Source of the DNA: Eledone cirrhosa
Taxonomy: Eukaryota
Assembly: GCA_964016885.1 (NCBI GenBank)
Contig: OZ024744.1
Location: 15,128,001 to 15,192,000, forward strand
Reading direction: 5' to 3'
Length of the DNA stretch: 64,000 nt
Shown in pieces: positions 41,301 through 56,420 of this stretch; positions within the stretch are counted from its first letter, which is position 1, and the number at the start of each line of letters is the position of its first letter. The translations under genes were made by a program, and so were the position numbers. Below the pieces are notes generated by a model. It was not told the DNA's origin. It saw only the letters and a list, made by a program, of their open reading frames with translations, and ran no database searches.

Positions 41301-44300
41301 CCTACATGACCACTTTACAGTGTGCACTGGGTACTTTTGTTGTGACACATACATGATCACTTCACATTGTGGACTGGGTACATTTTGTCATGACACCTAC
41401 ATGACCACTTTAGAGTGTGGACTGGGTGCTTTTGTCATGACACCTCCATGACCACTTTACAGTGTGGACTGGGTAGTTTTTGTCATGACACCTACATGAC
41501 CACTTTACAGTGTGGACTGGGTACTTATTGTCATGACACCAACATGACCACTTTACAGTGTGGACTGGGTACTTTTTGTCATGACACCTACATGACCACT
41601 TTACAGTGTGGACTGGGTCTTTTTGTTGTGACACCTTCATAACCACTTTACAGTGTGGACTGGGTACTTTTTGTTGTGACACCTGCATGACCACTTTACA
41701 GTGTGGACTGGGTACTTTTGTTGTGACACCTACATGACCACTTTACAGTGTGGACTGGGTACTTTTTGTCATAACACCTACATGACCACTTTACAGTGTG
41801 GACTGGGTACTTTTTGTCATGATATCTTCATGACCACTCTAGAGTGTGGACTGGGTGCTTTTGTCATGACACCTTCATGACCACTTCACAGTGTGGACTG
41901 GGTACTTTTTGTCGTGACCTACATGACCACTTTACAGTATGGACTGGGTACTTTTTGTTGTGACACCTACATGACCACATTACAGTGTGGACTGGGTACT
42001 TTTTGTTGTGACACCTAGATGACCACTTTACAGTGTGCACTGGGTACTTTTGTTGTGACACATACATGATCACTTTACAGTGTGGACTGGGTACTTTTTG
42101 TCATGACACCTACATGACCACTTTACAGTGTGGACTGGGTAATTTTTGCTGTGACACCTACATGACCACTTTACAGTGTGGACTGGGTAGTTTTTGTCAT
42201 AACACCTACATGACCACTTTACAGTATGGACTGGATACTTGTTGCCATGACAAATACATGACCACTTTACAGTGTGGACTGTGTACTTTCTGTCATGACA
42301 CCTACATGACCACTTTACAGTGTGGACTGGGTACTTTTTGTCATAACACCTACATGACCACTTTACAGTGTGGACTGGGTAGTTTTTGTCATAACACCTA
42401 CATGACCACTTTACAATATGGACTGGATACTTGTTGCCATGACAAATACATGACCACTTTACAGTGTGGACTGGGTACTTTTTGTTGTGACACCTGCATG
42501 ACCACTTTACAGTGTGCACTGGGTACTTTTGTTGTGACACATACATGATCACTTCACATTGTGGACTGGGTACTTTTTGTCATGACACCTACATGACCAC
42601 TTTAGAGTGTGGACTGGGTGCTTTTGTCATGACACCTACATGACCAATTTACAGTGTGGGCTGGGTGTTTTTGTTGTGACACATACATGACCACTTTACA
42701 GTGTGGACTGGGTACTTATTGTCATGACACCAACATGACCACTTTACAGTGTGGACTGGGTACTTTTTGTCATGACACCTACATGACCACTTTACAGTGT
42801 GGACTGGGTCTTTTTGTTGTGACACCTTCATAACCACTTTACAGTGTGGACTGGGTACTTTTTGTTGTGACACCTGCATGACCACTTTACAGTGTGGACT
42901 GGGTACTTTTGTTGTGACACCTACATGACCACTTTACAGTGTGGACTGGGTACTTTTTGTCATAACACCTACATGACCACTTTACAGTGTGGACTGGGTA
43001 CTTTTTGTCATGATGCCTTCATGACCACTCTAGAGTGTGGACTGGGTGCTTTTGTCATGACACCTTCATGACCACTTCACAGTGTGGACTGGGTACTTTT
43101 TGTCGTGACACCTACATGACCACATTACAGTGTGGACTGGGTACTTTTTGTTGTGACACCTAGATGACCACTTTACAGTGTGCACTGGGTACTTTTGTTG
43201 TCACACATACATGATCACTTTACAGTGTGGACTGGGTACTTTTTGTCATGACACCTACATGACGACTTTAGAGTGTGGACTGGGTGCTTTTGTCATGACA
43301 CCTACATGACCACTTCACAGTGTGGACTGGGTACTTTTTGTTGTGACACATACATGACCACTTTACAGTGTGGACTGGGTACTTTTTGCTGTGACACCTA
43401 CATGACCACTTTACAGTGTGGACTGGGTACTTTTTGTTGTGACACCTAGGTGACCACTTTACAGTGTGGACTGGGTACGTTTTGTTGTGACACCTACATG
43501 ACCACTTTACAGTGTGTACTGGGTACTTTTTGCTGTGACACCTACATGACCACTTTACAGTGTGTACTGTGTACTTTTTGTTGTGACACCTACATGACCA
43601 CTTTACAGTGTGGACTGGGTACTTTTTGTCATAACACCTACATAACCACTTTACAGTATTGACTGGGTACTTTTTGTCATGACACCTACATGACCACTTT
43701 ACAGTGTGCACTGGGTACTTTTGTTGTGACACATACATGATCACTTCACATTGTGGACTGGGTACTTTTTGTCATGACACCTACATGACCACTTTAGAGT
43801 GTGGACTGGGTGCTTTTGTCATGACACCTTCATGACCACTTCACAGTGTGGACTGGGTACTTTTTGTCGTGACCTACATGACCACTTTACAGTATGGACT
43901 GGGTACTTTTTGTTGTGACACCTACATGACCACATTACAGTGTGGACTGGGTACTTTTTGTTGTGACACCTAGATGACCACTTTACAGTGTGCACTGGGT
44001 ACTTTTGTTGTCACACATACATGATCACTTTACAGTGTGGACTGGGTACTTTTTGTCATGACACCTACATGACCACTTTACAGTGTGGACTGGGTACTTT
44101 TTGTCATGACACCTACATGACCACTTTACAGTGTGGACTGGGTACTTTTTGTCATGACACCTACATGACCACTTTACAGTGTGGACTGGGTAGTTTTTGT
44201 CATAACACCTACATGACCACTTTACAGTATGGACTGGATACTTGTTGCCATGACAAATACATGACCACTTTACAGTGTGGACTGGGTACTTTTTGTTGTG

Positions 44301-47300
44301 ACACCTGCATGACCACTTTACAGTGTGCACTGGGTACTTTTTGTTGTGGCACCTACATGACCACTTTACAGTGTGGACTGGGTAGTTTTTGTCATAACAC
44401 CTACATGACCACTTTACAGTATGGACTGGATACTTGTTGCCATGACAAATACATGACCACTTTACAGTGTGGACTGGGTACTTTTTGTTGTGACACCTGC
44501 ATGACCACTTTACAGTGTGCACTGGGTACTTTTTGTTATGACACCTACATGACCACTTTACAGTGTAGACTGGGTAGTTTTTGTTGTGACACCTCCATCA
44601 CCACTTTACAGTGTGGACTGGGTGTTTTTGTTGGGACACCTACATGACCACTTTACAGTGTGGACTGGGTACTTTTTGTTGTGACACCTACATGACCACT
44701 TTACAGTGTGGACTGAGTACATTTTGTTGTAACACCTACATGACCACTTTACAGTGTGGACTGGGTACTTTTTGTCGTGACACCTACATGACCACTTTAC
44801 AGTGTGGACTAGGTACTTTTGTCATGACACCTTCATGAGCACATTTACAGTGTGGACTGGGTGTTTTTGTTGTGAAACCTACATGACCACTTTACAGTGT
44901 GGACTGGGTACTTTTTGTTGTGACATCTACATGACAACTTTACAGTGTGGACTGGATACTTTTTGTCATGACACCTACATGACCAATTTACAGTGTGGGC
45001 TGGGTGTTTTTGTTGTGACACCTACATGACCACTTTACAGTGTGGACTGGGTACTTTTTGTTGTGACACCTACATGACCACTTTACAGTGTGGACTGGGT
45101 ACTTTTTGTTGTGACACCTACATGACCACTTTACAGTGTGGACTGGGTGCTTTTGTCATGACATCTTCATGACCACTTTACAGTGTGGACTGGGTAGTTT
45201 TTGTCATGACACCTACATGACCACTTTATAGTGTGGACTGGGTACTTTTTGTCATGACACCTACATGACCACTTTAGAGTGTGGACTGGGTGCTTTTGTC
45301 ATGACACCTACACGACCACTTCACAGTGTGGACTGGGTACTTTTTGTCGTGACACCTACATGTCCACTTTACAGTGTGTACTGGGTACTTTTTGCTGTGA
45401 CACCTACATGACCACTTTACAGTGTGGACTGGGTACTTTTTGTTGTGACACCTACATGACCACTTTACAGTGTGGACTGGGTACGTTTTGTTGTGACACC
45501 TACATGACCACTTTACAGTGTGTACTGGGTACTTTTTGCTGTGACACCTACATGACCACTTTACAGTGTGTACTGGGTACTTTTTGTTGTGACACCTACA
45601 TGACCACTTTACAGTGTGGACTGGGTACTTTTTGTCATAACACCTACATAACCACTTTACAGTATGGACTGGGTACTTTTTGTCATGACACCTACATGAC
45701 CACTTTACAGTGTGCACTGGGTACTTTTGTTGTGACACATACATGATCACTTCACATTGTGGACTGGGTACATTTTGTCATGACACCTACATGACCACTT
45801 TAGAGTGTGGACTGGGTGCTTTTGTCATGACACCTCCATGACCACTTTACAGTGTGGACTGGGTAGTTTTTGTCATGACACCTACATGACCACTTTACAG
45901 TGTGGACTGGGTACTTATTGTCATGACACCAACATGACCACTTTACAGTGTGGACTGGGTACTTTTTGTCATGACACCTACATGACCACTTTACAGTGTG
46001 GACTGGGTCTTTTTGTTGTGACACCTTCATAACCACTTTACAGTGTGGACTGGATACTTTTTGTTGTGACACCTGCATGACCACTTTACAGTGTGGACTG
46101 GGTACTTTTGTTGTGACACCTACATGACCACTTTACAGTGTGGACTGGGTACTTTTTGTCATAACACCTACATGACCACTTTACAGTGTGGACTGGGTAC
46201 TTTTTGTCATGATACCTTCATGACCACTCTAGAGTGTGGACTGGGTGCTTTTGTCATGACACCTTCATGACCACTTCACAGTGTGGACTGGGTACTTTTT
46301 GTCGTGACCTACATGACCACTTTACAGTATGGACTGGGTACTTTTTGTTGTGACACCTACATGACCACATTACAGTGTGGACTGGGTACTTTTTGTTGTG
46401 ACACCTAGATGACCACTTTACAGTGTGCACTGGGTACTTTTGTTGTGACACATACATGATCACTTTACAGTGTGGACTGGGTACTTTTTGTCATGACACC
46501 TACATGACCACTTTACAGTGTGGACTGGGTAATTTTTGCTGTGACACCTACATGACCACTTTACAGTGTGGACTGCGTAGTTTTTGTCATAACACCTACA
46601 TGACCACTTTACAGTATGGACTGGATACTTGTTGCCATGACAAATACATGACCACTTTACAGTGTGGACTGGGTACTTTCTGTCATGACACCTACATGAC
46701 CACTTTACAGTGTGGACTGGGTACTTTTTGTCATAACACCTACATGACCACTTTACAGTGTGGACTGGGTAGTTTTTGTCATAACACCTACATGACCACT
46801 TTACAGTATGGACTGGATACTTGTTGCCATGACAAATACATGACCACTTTACAGTGTGGACTGGGTACTTTTTGTTGTGACACCTGCATGACCACTTTAC
46901 AGTGTGCACTGGGTACTTTTTGTTGTGGCACCTACATGACCACTTTACAGTGTGGACTGGGTAGTTTTTGTCATAACACCTACATGACCACTTTACAGTA
47001 TGGACTGGATACTTGTTGCCATGACAAATACATGACCACTTTACAGTGTGGACTGGGTACTTTTTGTCATGATACCTTCATGACCACTTTACAGTGTGCA
47101 CTGGGTACTTTTTGTTGTGGCACCTACATGACCACTTTACAGTATGGACTGGGTACTTTTTGCCATGACACGTACATGACCACTTTACAGCGTGGAGTGG
47201 GTGTTTTTGTTGTGACACCTACATGACGCCTTTACAGTGTGGACTGGTAACTTTTGTCATGACACCTACATGACCACTTTACAGTGTGGACTGGGTACTT

Positions 47301-50300
47301 TTTGTCATGACACATACATGACCACTTTACAGTGTGGACTGGGTACTTTTTGTCGTGACACCTACATGACCACTTTACAGTGTGGACTGGGTACTTTTTG
47401 TTATGACACCTACATGACCACTTTACAGTGTAGACTGGGTAGTTTTTGTTGTGACACCTCCATCACCACTTTACAGTGTGGACTGGGTGTTTTTGTTGGG
47501 ACACCTACATGACCACTTTACAGTGTGGACTGGGTACTTTTTGTTGTGACACCTACATGACCACTTTACAGTGTGGACTGAGTACATTTTGTTGTAACAC
47601 CTACATGACCACTTTACAGTGTGGACTGGGTACTTTTTGTCGTGACACCTACATGACCACTTTACAGTGTGGACTAGGTACTTTTGTCATGACACCTTCA
47701 TGAGCACATTTACAGTGTGGACTGGGTGTTTTTGTTGTGACACCTACATGACCACTTTACAGTGTGGACTGGGTACTTTTTGTTGTGACATCAACATGAC
47801 AACTTTACAGTGTGGACTGGGTACTTTTTGTTGTGACACCTACATCACCACTTTACAGTGTGGACTGGGTGCTTTTGTCATGACATCTTCATGACCACTT
47901 TACAGTGTGGACTGGGTAGTTTTTGTCATGACACCTACATGACCACTTTATAGTGTGGACTGGGTACTTTTTGTCATGACACCTACATGACCACTTTAGA
48001 GTCTGGACTGGGTGCTTTTGTCATGACACCTACATGACCACTTCACAGTGTGGACCGGGTACTTTTTGTCGTGACACCTACATGACCACTTTACAGTGTG
48101 GACTGGGTACTTTTTGTTGTGACACCTACATGACCACTTTACAGTGTGGACTGGGTACGTTTTGTTGTGACACCTACATGACCACTTTACAGTGTGTACT
48201 GGGTACTTTTTGCTGCGACACCTACATGACCACTTTACAGTGTGTACTGGGTACTTTTTGTTGTGACACCTACATGACCACTTTACAGTGTGGACTGGGT
48301 ACTTTTTGTCATAACACCTACATAACCACTTTACAGTATGGACTGGGTACGTTTTGTCATGACACCTACATGACCACTTTACAGTGTGCACTGGGTACTT
48401 TTGTTGTGACACATACATGATCACTTCACATTGTGGACTGGGTACATTTTGTCATGACACCTACATGACCACTTTAGAGTGTGGACTGGGTGCTTTTGTC
48501 ATGACACCTCCATGACCACTTTACAGTGTGGACTGGGTAGTTTTTGTCATGACACCTACATGACCACTTTACAGTGTGGACTGGGTACTTATTGTCATGA
48601 CACCAACATGACCACTTTACAGTGTGGACTGGGTACTTTTTGTCATGACACCTACATGACCACTTTACAGTGTGGACTGGGTCTTTTTGTTGTGACACCT
48701 TCATAACCACTTTACAGTGTGGACTGGGTACTTTTTGTTGTGACACCTGCATGACCACTTTACAGTGTGGACTGGGTACTTTTGTTGTGACACCTACATG
48801 ACCACTTTACAGTGTGGACTGGGTACTTTTTGTCATAACACCTACATGACCACTTTACAGTGTGGACTGGGTACTTTTTGTCATGATACCTTCATGACCA
48901 CTCTAGAGTGTGGACTGGGTGCTTTTGTCATGACACCTTCATGACCACTTCACAGTGTGGACTGGGTACTTTTTGTCGTGACCTACATGACCACTTTACA
49001 GTATGGACTGGGTACTTTTTGTTGTGACACCTACATGACCACATTACAGTGTGGACTGGGTACTTTTTGTTGTGACACCTAGATGACCACTTTACAGTGT
49101 GCACTGGGTACTTTTGTTGTGACACATACATGATCACTTTACAGTGTGGACTGGGTACTTTTTGTCATGACACCTACATGACCACTTTACAGTGTGGACT
49201 GGGTACTTTTTGCTGTGACACCTACATGACCACTTTACAGTGTGGACTGGGTAGTTTTTGTCATAACACCTACATGACCACTTTACAGTATGGACTGGAT
49301 ACTTGTTGCCATGACAAATACATGACCACTTTACAGTGTGGACTGGGTACTTTTTGTCATGACACCTACATGACCACTTTACAGTGTGGACTGGGTACTT
49401 TTTGTCATGACACCTACATGACCACTTTACAGTGTGGACTGGGTAGTTTTTGTCATAACACCTACATGACCACTTTACAGTATGGACTGGATACTTGTTG
49501 CCATGACAAATACATGACCACTTTACAGTGTGGACTGGGTACTTTTTGTTGTGACACCTGCATGACCACTTTACAGTGTGCACTGGGTACTTTTTGTTGT
49601 GGCACCTACATGACCACTTTACAGTGTGGACTGGGTAGTTTTTGTCATAACACCTACATGACCACTTTACAGTATGGACTGGATACTTGTTGCCATGACA
49701 AATACATGACCACTTTACAGTGTGGACTGGGTACTTTTTGTTGTGACACCTGCATGACCACTTTACAGTGTGCACTGGGTACTTTTTGTTGTGGCACCTA
49801 CATGACCACTTTACAGTATGGACTGGGTACTTTTTGCCATGACACGTACATGACCACTTTACAGCGTGGAGTGGGTGTTTTTGTTGTGACACCTACATGA
49901 CGCCTTTACAGTGTGGACTGGTAACTTTTGTCATGACACCTACATGACCACTTTACAGTGTGGACTGGGTACTTTTTGTCATGACACATACATGACCACT
50001 TTACAGTGTGGACTGGGTACTTTTTGTCGTGACACCTACATGACCACTTTACAGTGTGGACTGGGTACTTTTTGTTATGACACCTACATGACCACTTTAC
50101 AGTGTAGACTGGGTAGTTTTTGTTGTGACACCTCCATCACCACTTTACAGTGTGGACTGGGTGTTTTTGTTGGGAGACCTACATGACCACTTTACAGTGT
50201 GGACTGGGTACTTTTTGTTGTGACACCTACATGACCACTTTACAGTGTGGACTGAGTACATTTTGTTGTAACACCTACATGACCACTTTACAGTGTGGAC

Positions 50301-53300
50301 TGGGTACTTTTTGTCGTGACACCTACATGACCACTTTACAGTGTGGACTAGGTACTTTTGTCATGACACCTTCATGAGCACATTTACAGTGTGGACTGGG
50401 TGTTTTTGTTGTGACACCTACATGACCACTTTACAGTGTGGACTGGGTACTTTTTGTTGTGACATCTACATGACAACTTTACAGTGTGGACTGGATACTT
50501 TTTGTCATGACACCTACATGACCAATTTACAGTGTGGGCTGGGTGTTTTTGTTGTGACACCTACATGACCACTTTACAGTGTGGACTGGGTACTTTTTGT
50601 TGTGACACCTACATGACCACTTTACAGTGTGGACTGGGTACTTTTTGTTGTGACACCTACATGACCACTTTACAGTGTGGACTGGGTGCTTTTGTCATGA
50701 CATCTTCATGACCACTTTACAGTGTGGACTGGGTAGTTTTTGTCATGACACCTACATGACCACTTTATAGTGTGGACTGGGTACTTTTTGTCATGACACC
50801 AACATGACCACTTTACAGTGTGGACTGGGTCCTTTTTATCATGACACCTACATGACCACTTTACAGTGTGGACTGGGTGTTTTTGTTGTGACACCTACAT
50901 GACCACTTTACAGTGTGGACTGGGTACTTTTGTTGTGACACCTACATGACCACTTTACAGTGTGCACTGGGTACTTTTGTTGTGACACATACATGACCAC
51001 TTTACAGTGTGGGCTGGGTACTTTTTGTCATGACACCTACATGACCACTTTAGAGTGTGGACTGGGTGCTTTTGTCATGACACCTACATGACCACTTCAC
51101 AGTGTGGACTGGGTACTTTTTGTCGTGACACCTACATGTCCACTTTACAGTGTGTACTGGGTACTTTTTGCTGTGACACCTACATGACCACTTTACAGTG
51201 TGGACTGGGTACTTTTTGTTGTGACACCTACATGACCACTTTACAGTGTGGACTGGGTACGTTTTGTTGTGACACCTACATGACCACTTTACAGTTTGTA
51301 CTGGGTACTTTTTGCTGTGACACCTACATGACCACTTTACAGTGTGTACTGGGTACTTTTTGTTGTGACACCTACATGACCACTTTACAGTGTGGACTGG
51401 GTACTTTTTGTCATAACACCTACATAACCACTTTACAGTATGGACTGGGTACTTTTTGTCATGACACCTACATGACCACTTTACAGTGTGCACTGGGTAC
51501 TTTTGTTGTGACACATACATGATCACTTCACATTGTGGACTGGGTACATTTTGTCATGACACCTACATGACCACTTTAGAGTGTGGACTGGGTGCTTTTG
51601 TCATGACACCTCCATGACCACTTTACAGTGTGGACTGGGTAGTTTCTGTCATGACACCTACATGACCACTTTACAGTGTGGACTGGGTACTTATTGTCAT
51701 GACACCAACATGACCACTTTACAGTGTGGACTGGGTACTTTTTGTCATGACACCTACATGACCACTTTACAGTGTGGACTGGGTCTTTTTGTTGTGACAC
51801 CTTCATAACCACTTTACAGTGTGGACTGGGTACTTTTTGTTGTGACACCTACATGACCACTTTACAGTGTGGACTGGGTACTTTTTGTCATAACACCTAC
51901 ATGACCACTTTACAGTGTGGACTGGGTACTTTTTGTCATGATACCTTCATGACCACTCTAGAGTGTGGACTGGGTGCTTTTGTCATGACACCTTCATGAC
52001 CACTTCACAGTGTGGACTGGGTACTTTTTGTCGTGACCTACATGACCAATTTACAGTATGGACTGGGTACTTTTTGTTGTGACACCTACATGACCACATT
52101 ACAGTGTGGACTGGGTACTTTTTGTTGTGACACCTAGATGACCACTTTACAGTGTGCACTGGGTACTTTTGTTGTGACACATACATGATCACTTTACAGT
52201 GTGGACTGGGTACTTTTTGTCATGACACCTACATGACCACTTTACAGTGTGGACTGGGTACTTTTTGCTGTGACACCTACATGACTACTTTACAGTGTGG
52301 ACTGGGTAGTTTTTGTCATAACACCTACATGACCACTTTACAGTATGGACTGGATACTTGTTGCCATGACAAAAACATGACCACTTTACAGTGTGGACTG
52401 GGTACTTTTTGTCGTGACACCTACATGACCACTTTACAGTGTGGACTGGGTACTTTTTGTTATGACACCTACATGACCACTTTACAGTGTAGACTGGGTA
52501 GTTTTTGTTGTGACACCTCCATCACCACTTTACAGTGTGGACTGGGTGTTTTTGTTGGGAGACCTACATGACCACTTTACAGTGTGGACTGGGTACTTTT
52601 TGTTGTGACACCTACATGACCACTTTACAGTGTGGACTGAGTACATTTTGTTGTAACACCTACATGACCACTTTACAGTGTGGACTGGGTACTTTTTGTC
52701 GTGACACCTACATGACCACTTTACAGTGTGGACTAGGTACTTTTGTCATGACACCTTCATGAGCACATTTACAGTGTGGACTGGGTGTTTTTGTTGTGAC
52801 ACCTACATGACCACTTTACAGTGTGGACTGGGTACTTTTTGTTGTGACATCTACATGACAACTTTACAGTGTGGACTGGATACTTTTTGTCATGACACCT
52901 ACATGACCAATTTACAGTGTGGGCTGGGTGTTTTTGTTGTGACACCTACATGACCACTTTACAGTGTGGACTGGGTACTTTTTGTTGTGACACCTACATG
53001 ACCACTTTACAGTGTGGACTGGGTACTTTTTGTTGTGACACCTACATGACCACTTTACAGTGTGGACTGGGTGCTTTTGTCATGACATCTTCATGACCAC
53101 TTTACAGTGTGGACTGGGTAGTTTTTGTCATGACACCTACATGACCACTTTATAGTGTGGACTGGGTACTTTTTGTCATGACACCAACATGACCACTTTA
53201 CAGTGTGGACTGGGTCCTTTTTATCATGACACCTACATGACCACTTTACAGTGTGGACTGGGTGTTTTTGTTGTGACACCTACATGACCACTTTACAGTG

Positions 53301-55755
53301 TGGACTGGGTACTTTTGTTGTGACACCTACATGACCACTTTACAGTGTGCACTGGGTACTTTTGTTGTGACACATACATGACCACTTTACAGTGTGGGCT
53401 GGGTACTTTTTGTCATGACACCTACATGACCACTTTAGAGTGTGGACTGGGTGCTTTTGTCATGACACCTACATGACCACTTCACAGTGTGGACTGGGTA
53501 CTTTTTGTCGTGACACCTACATGTCCACTTTACAGTGTGTACTGGGTACTTTTTGCTGTGACACCTACATGACCACTTTACAGTGTGGACTGGGTACTTT
53601 TTGTTGTGACACCTACATGACCACTTTACAGTGTGGACTGGGTACGTTTTGTTGTGACACCTACATGACCACTTTACAGTTTGTACTGGGTACTTTTTGC
53701 TGTGACACCTACATGACCACTTTACAGTGTGTACTGGGTACTTTTTGTTGTGACACCTACATGACCACTTTACAGTGTGGACTGGGTACTTTTTGTCATA
53801 ACACCTACATAACCACTTTACAGTATGGACTGGGTACTTTTTGTCATGACACCTACATGACCACTTTACAGTGTGCACTGGGTACTTTTGTTGTGACACA
53901 TACATGATCACTTCACATTGTGGACTGGGTACATTTTGTCATGACACCTACATGACCACTTTAGAGTGTGGACTGGGTGCTTTTGTCATGACACCTCCAT
54001 GACCACTTTACAGTGTGGACTGGGTAGTTTCTGTCATGACACCTACATGACCACTTTACAGTGTGGACTGGGTACTTATTGTCATGACACCAACATGACC
54101 ACTTTACAGTGTGGACTGGGTACTTTTTGTCATGACACCTACATGACCACTTTACAGTGTGGACTGGGTCTTTTTGTTGTGACACCTTCATAACCACTTT
54201 ACAGTGTGGACTGGGTACTTTTTGTTGTGACACCTGCATGACCACTTTACAGTGTGGACTGGGTACTTTTGTTGTGACACCTACATGACCACTTTACAGT
54301 GTGGACTGGGTACTTTTTGTCATAACACCTACATGACCACTTTACAGTGTGGACTGGGTACTTTTTGTCATGATACCTTCATGACCACTCTAGAGTGTGG
54401 ACTGGGTGCTTTTGTCATGACACCTTCATGACCACTTCACAGTGTGGACTGGGTACTTTTTGTCGTGACCTACATGACCAATTTACAGTATGGACTGGGT
54501 ACTTTTTGTTGTGACACCTACATGACCACATTACAGTGTGGACTGGGTACTTTTTGTTGTGACACCTAGATGACCACTTTACAGTGTGCACTGGGTACTT
54601 TTGTTGTGACACATACATGATCACTTTACAGTGTGGACTGGGTACTTTTTGTCATGACACCTACATGACCACTTTACAGTGTGGACTGGGTACTTTTTGC
54701 TGTGACACCTACATGACTACTTTACAGTGTGGACTGGGTAGTTTTTGTCATAACACCTACATGACCACTTTACAGTATGGACTGGATACTTGTTGCCATG
54801 ACAAATACATGACCACTTTACAGTGTGGACTGGGTACTTTTCGTTGTGACACCTGCATGACCACTTTACAGTGTGCACTGGGTACTTTTTGTTGTGGCAC
54901 CTACATGACCACTTTACAGTATGGACTGGTTACTTTTTGCCATGACACGTACATGACCACTTTACAGCGTGGAGTGGGTGTTTTTGTTGTGACACCTACA
55001 TGACGCCTTTACAGTGTGGACTGGTAACTTTTGTCATGACACCTACATGACCACTTTACAGTGTGGACTGGGTACTTTTGTCATGATACCTTCATGACCA
55101 CTTTATAGTGTGGACTGGGTACTTTTTGTCATGACACCTACATGACCACTTTACCGTGTGGACTGGGTACTTTTTATCATGACACCAACATGACCACTTC
55201 ACAGTGTGGACTGGGTCCTTTTTGTCATGACACCTACATGACCACTTTACAGCGTGGACTGGGTGTTTTTGTTGTGACACCTACATGACCACTTTACAGT
55301 GTGGACTGGGTGCTTTTGTCATGATACCTACATGACCACTTTACAGTGTGGACTGGTTGCTTTTGTCATGATACCTTCATGACCACTTTACAGTGTGGAC
55401 TGAGTAGTTTTTGTCATGACACCTACGTGACCACTCTACCGTGTGGACTGGGTACTTTTTGTTGTGACATCTACATGACCACTTTACAGTGTATATTGGG
55501 TACTTTTTGTCATAACACCTACATGTCCACTTTACAGTGTGGACTGGGTACTTTTTGTTGTGACACCTACATGACCACTTTACAGTGTGGACTGGGTACT
55601 TTTGTTGTGATACCTACATGACCACTTTACAGTGTGGACTGGGTGATTTTTGTTGTGACACCTACATGACCACTTTACAGTGTGGACTGAGTACTTTTGT
55701 CGTGACACCTACATGACCACTTTACAGCGTGGACTGGGTACTTTTTGTTGTGACA
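23365..55755. repeat. 48-bp tandem satellite, ~32.4 kb (~675 copies), with nested higher-order repeats
   Basis: Consensus gtggactgggtactttttgt(tg/ca)tgacacctacatgaccactttacagt. Identical ORF-track translations recur at offsets of 766, 1953, 1476, 4390/4581, 2674 and 2385 bp. Confidence 0.98.
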
Positions 55756-56009
55756 GTTTTGAGTTGTATTGAGTGTAATAGGGGTAAATTTAGTGAGTAG
55801 TTGAGTTGTTTTATATGCAAGTTAGATTTAGATGAGTGACATGTTTGATTTCAGTACTGCAGTTATGTTGTATATTATTGGCATGATGCAAAATTAACAA
55901 CTGCTTTAATTTTTAGTTAATTTAATTAGCATCTGCTTTTTATTTTTATTTAGTTGGTGTTATATTGTAACAACCTTCTGAAGCACTTCAGCTCAAATGA
56001 CTGGATTCT

Positions 56010-56420
56010 TTGTTCCATGTCAGCTGTGAAAATGCAACTCTCACACCCATAAAAAAGGATTGAAGTCATTTGAGAAGAGATGCTTCAGAATGTTACTACA
56101 GATCCCATACATCCCATACATGGAGCACAAAACAAACAGCTTTGTCAGACAATAAGTTAACACATATGCTGACAGGAATCATTGATGGTGAGAAGACAGA
56201 AGCTTGGCTGGTATGATCTTTGGTCATATATCCCGCCACAACTCCTTGTCTAAAACCATCCTTCAGGACATATTTGAGGGAGGGTGAAAAAGAGGCAGAC
56301 AAAGAAAATCCTGGTCCAACAACATCAAAGACTGGACTGGTCACAACACTGAGACCTTTATACGCCAGACGGAGAATAGAGATCAATGTTGATAACTGAC
56401 TGTAAAAGTGTCTAGAGTGG
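56010..56420 (+). mobile_element. BovB-like RTE 3' fragment (a different family from the other RTEs here)
   Basis: Degenerate FEKRCFRMLLQIPY..EHKTN..FGHISRHNSLSKTILQ..EG..KRGRQRKSWSNNIKDWTG..ENRDQ. Confidence 0.8.

Noticed and set aside
23346-55621. Dozens of Cys-rich ORFs (MTTLQCGLGTFCCDTY)n and antisense (HTVKWSCRCHNKKYPV)n resembling metallothionein or keratin-associated proteins
   Set aside because: They arise because the unit is 48 bp (divisible by 3). Frequent 46/47/49-bp variants break frames at random, there is no unique N- or C-terminus, and the region is intronic and TE-derived.
14353-55755. CRISPR-like appearance of the regular arrays
   Set aside because: Monomers are head-to-tail with no unique spacers, there are no cas genes, and the context is eukaryotic.
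23365-55755. TAG|GT in most monomers on the gene-sense strand as possible recursive splice sites
   Set aside because: No upstream polypyrimidine tract and a weak donor (GTGTCA); unsupported without nascent RNA data.
23180-55790. Target-site duplications enclosing the tail+array units (also checked around 14215 and 21813)
   Set aside because: No convincing direct repeat seen by eye, so a single-insertion origin of the arrays is not demonstrated.
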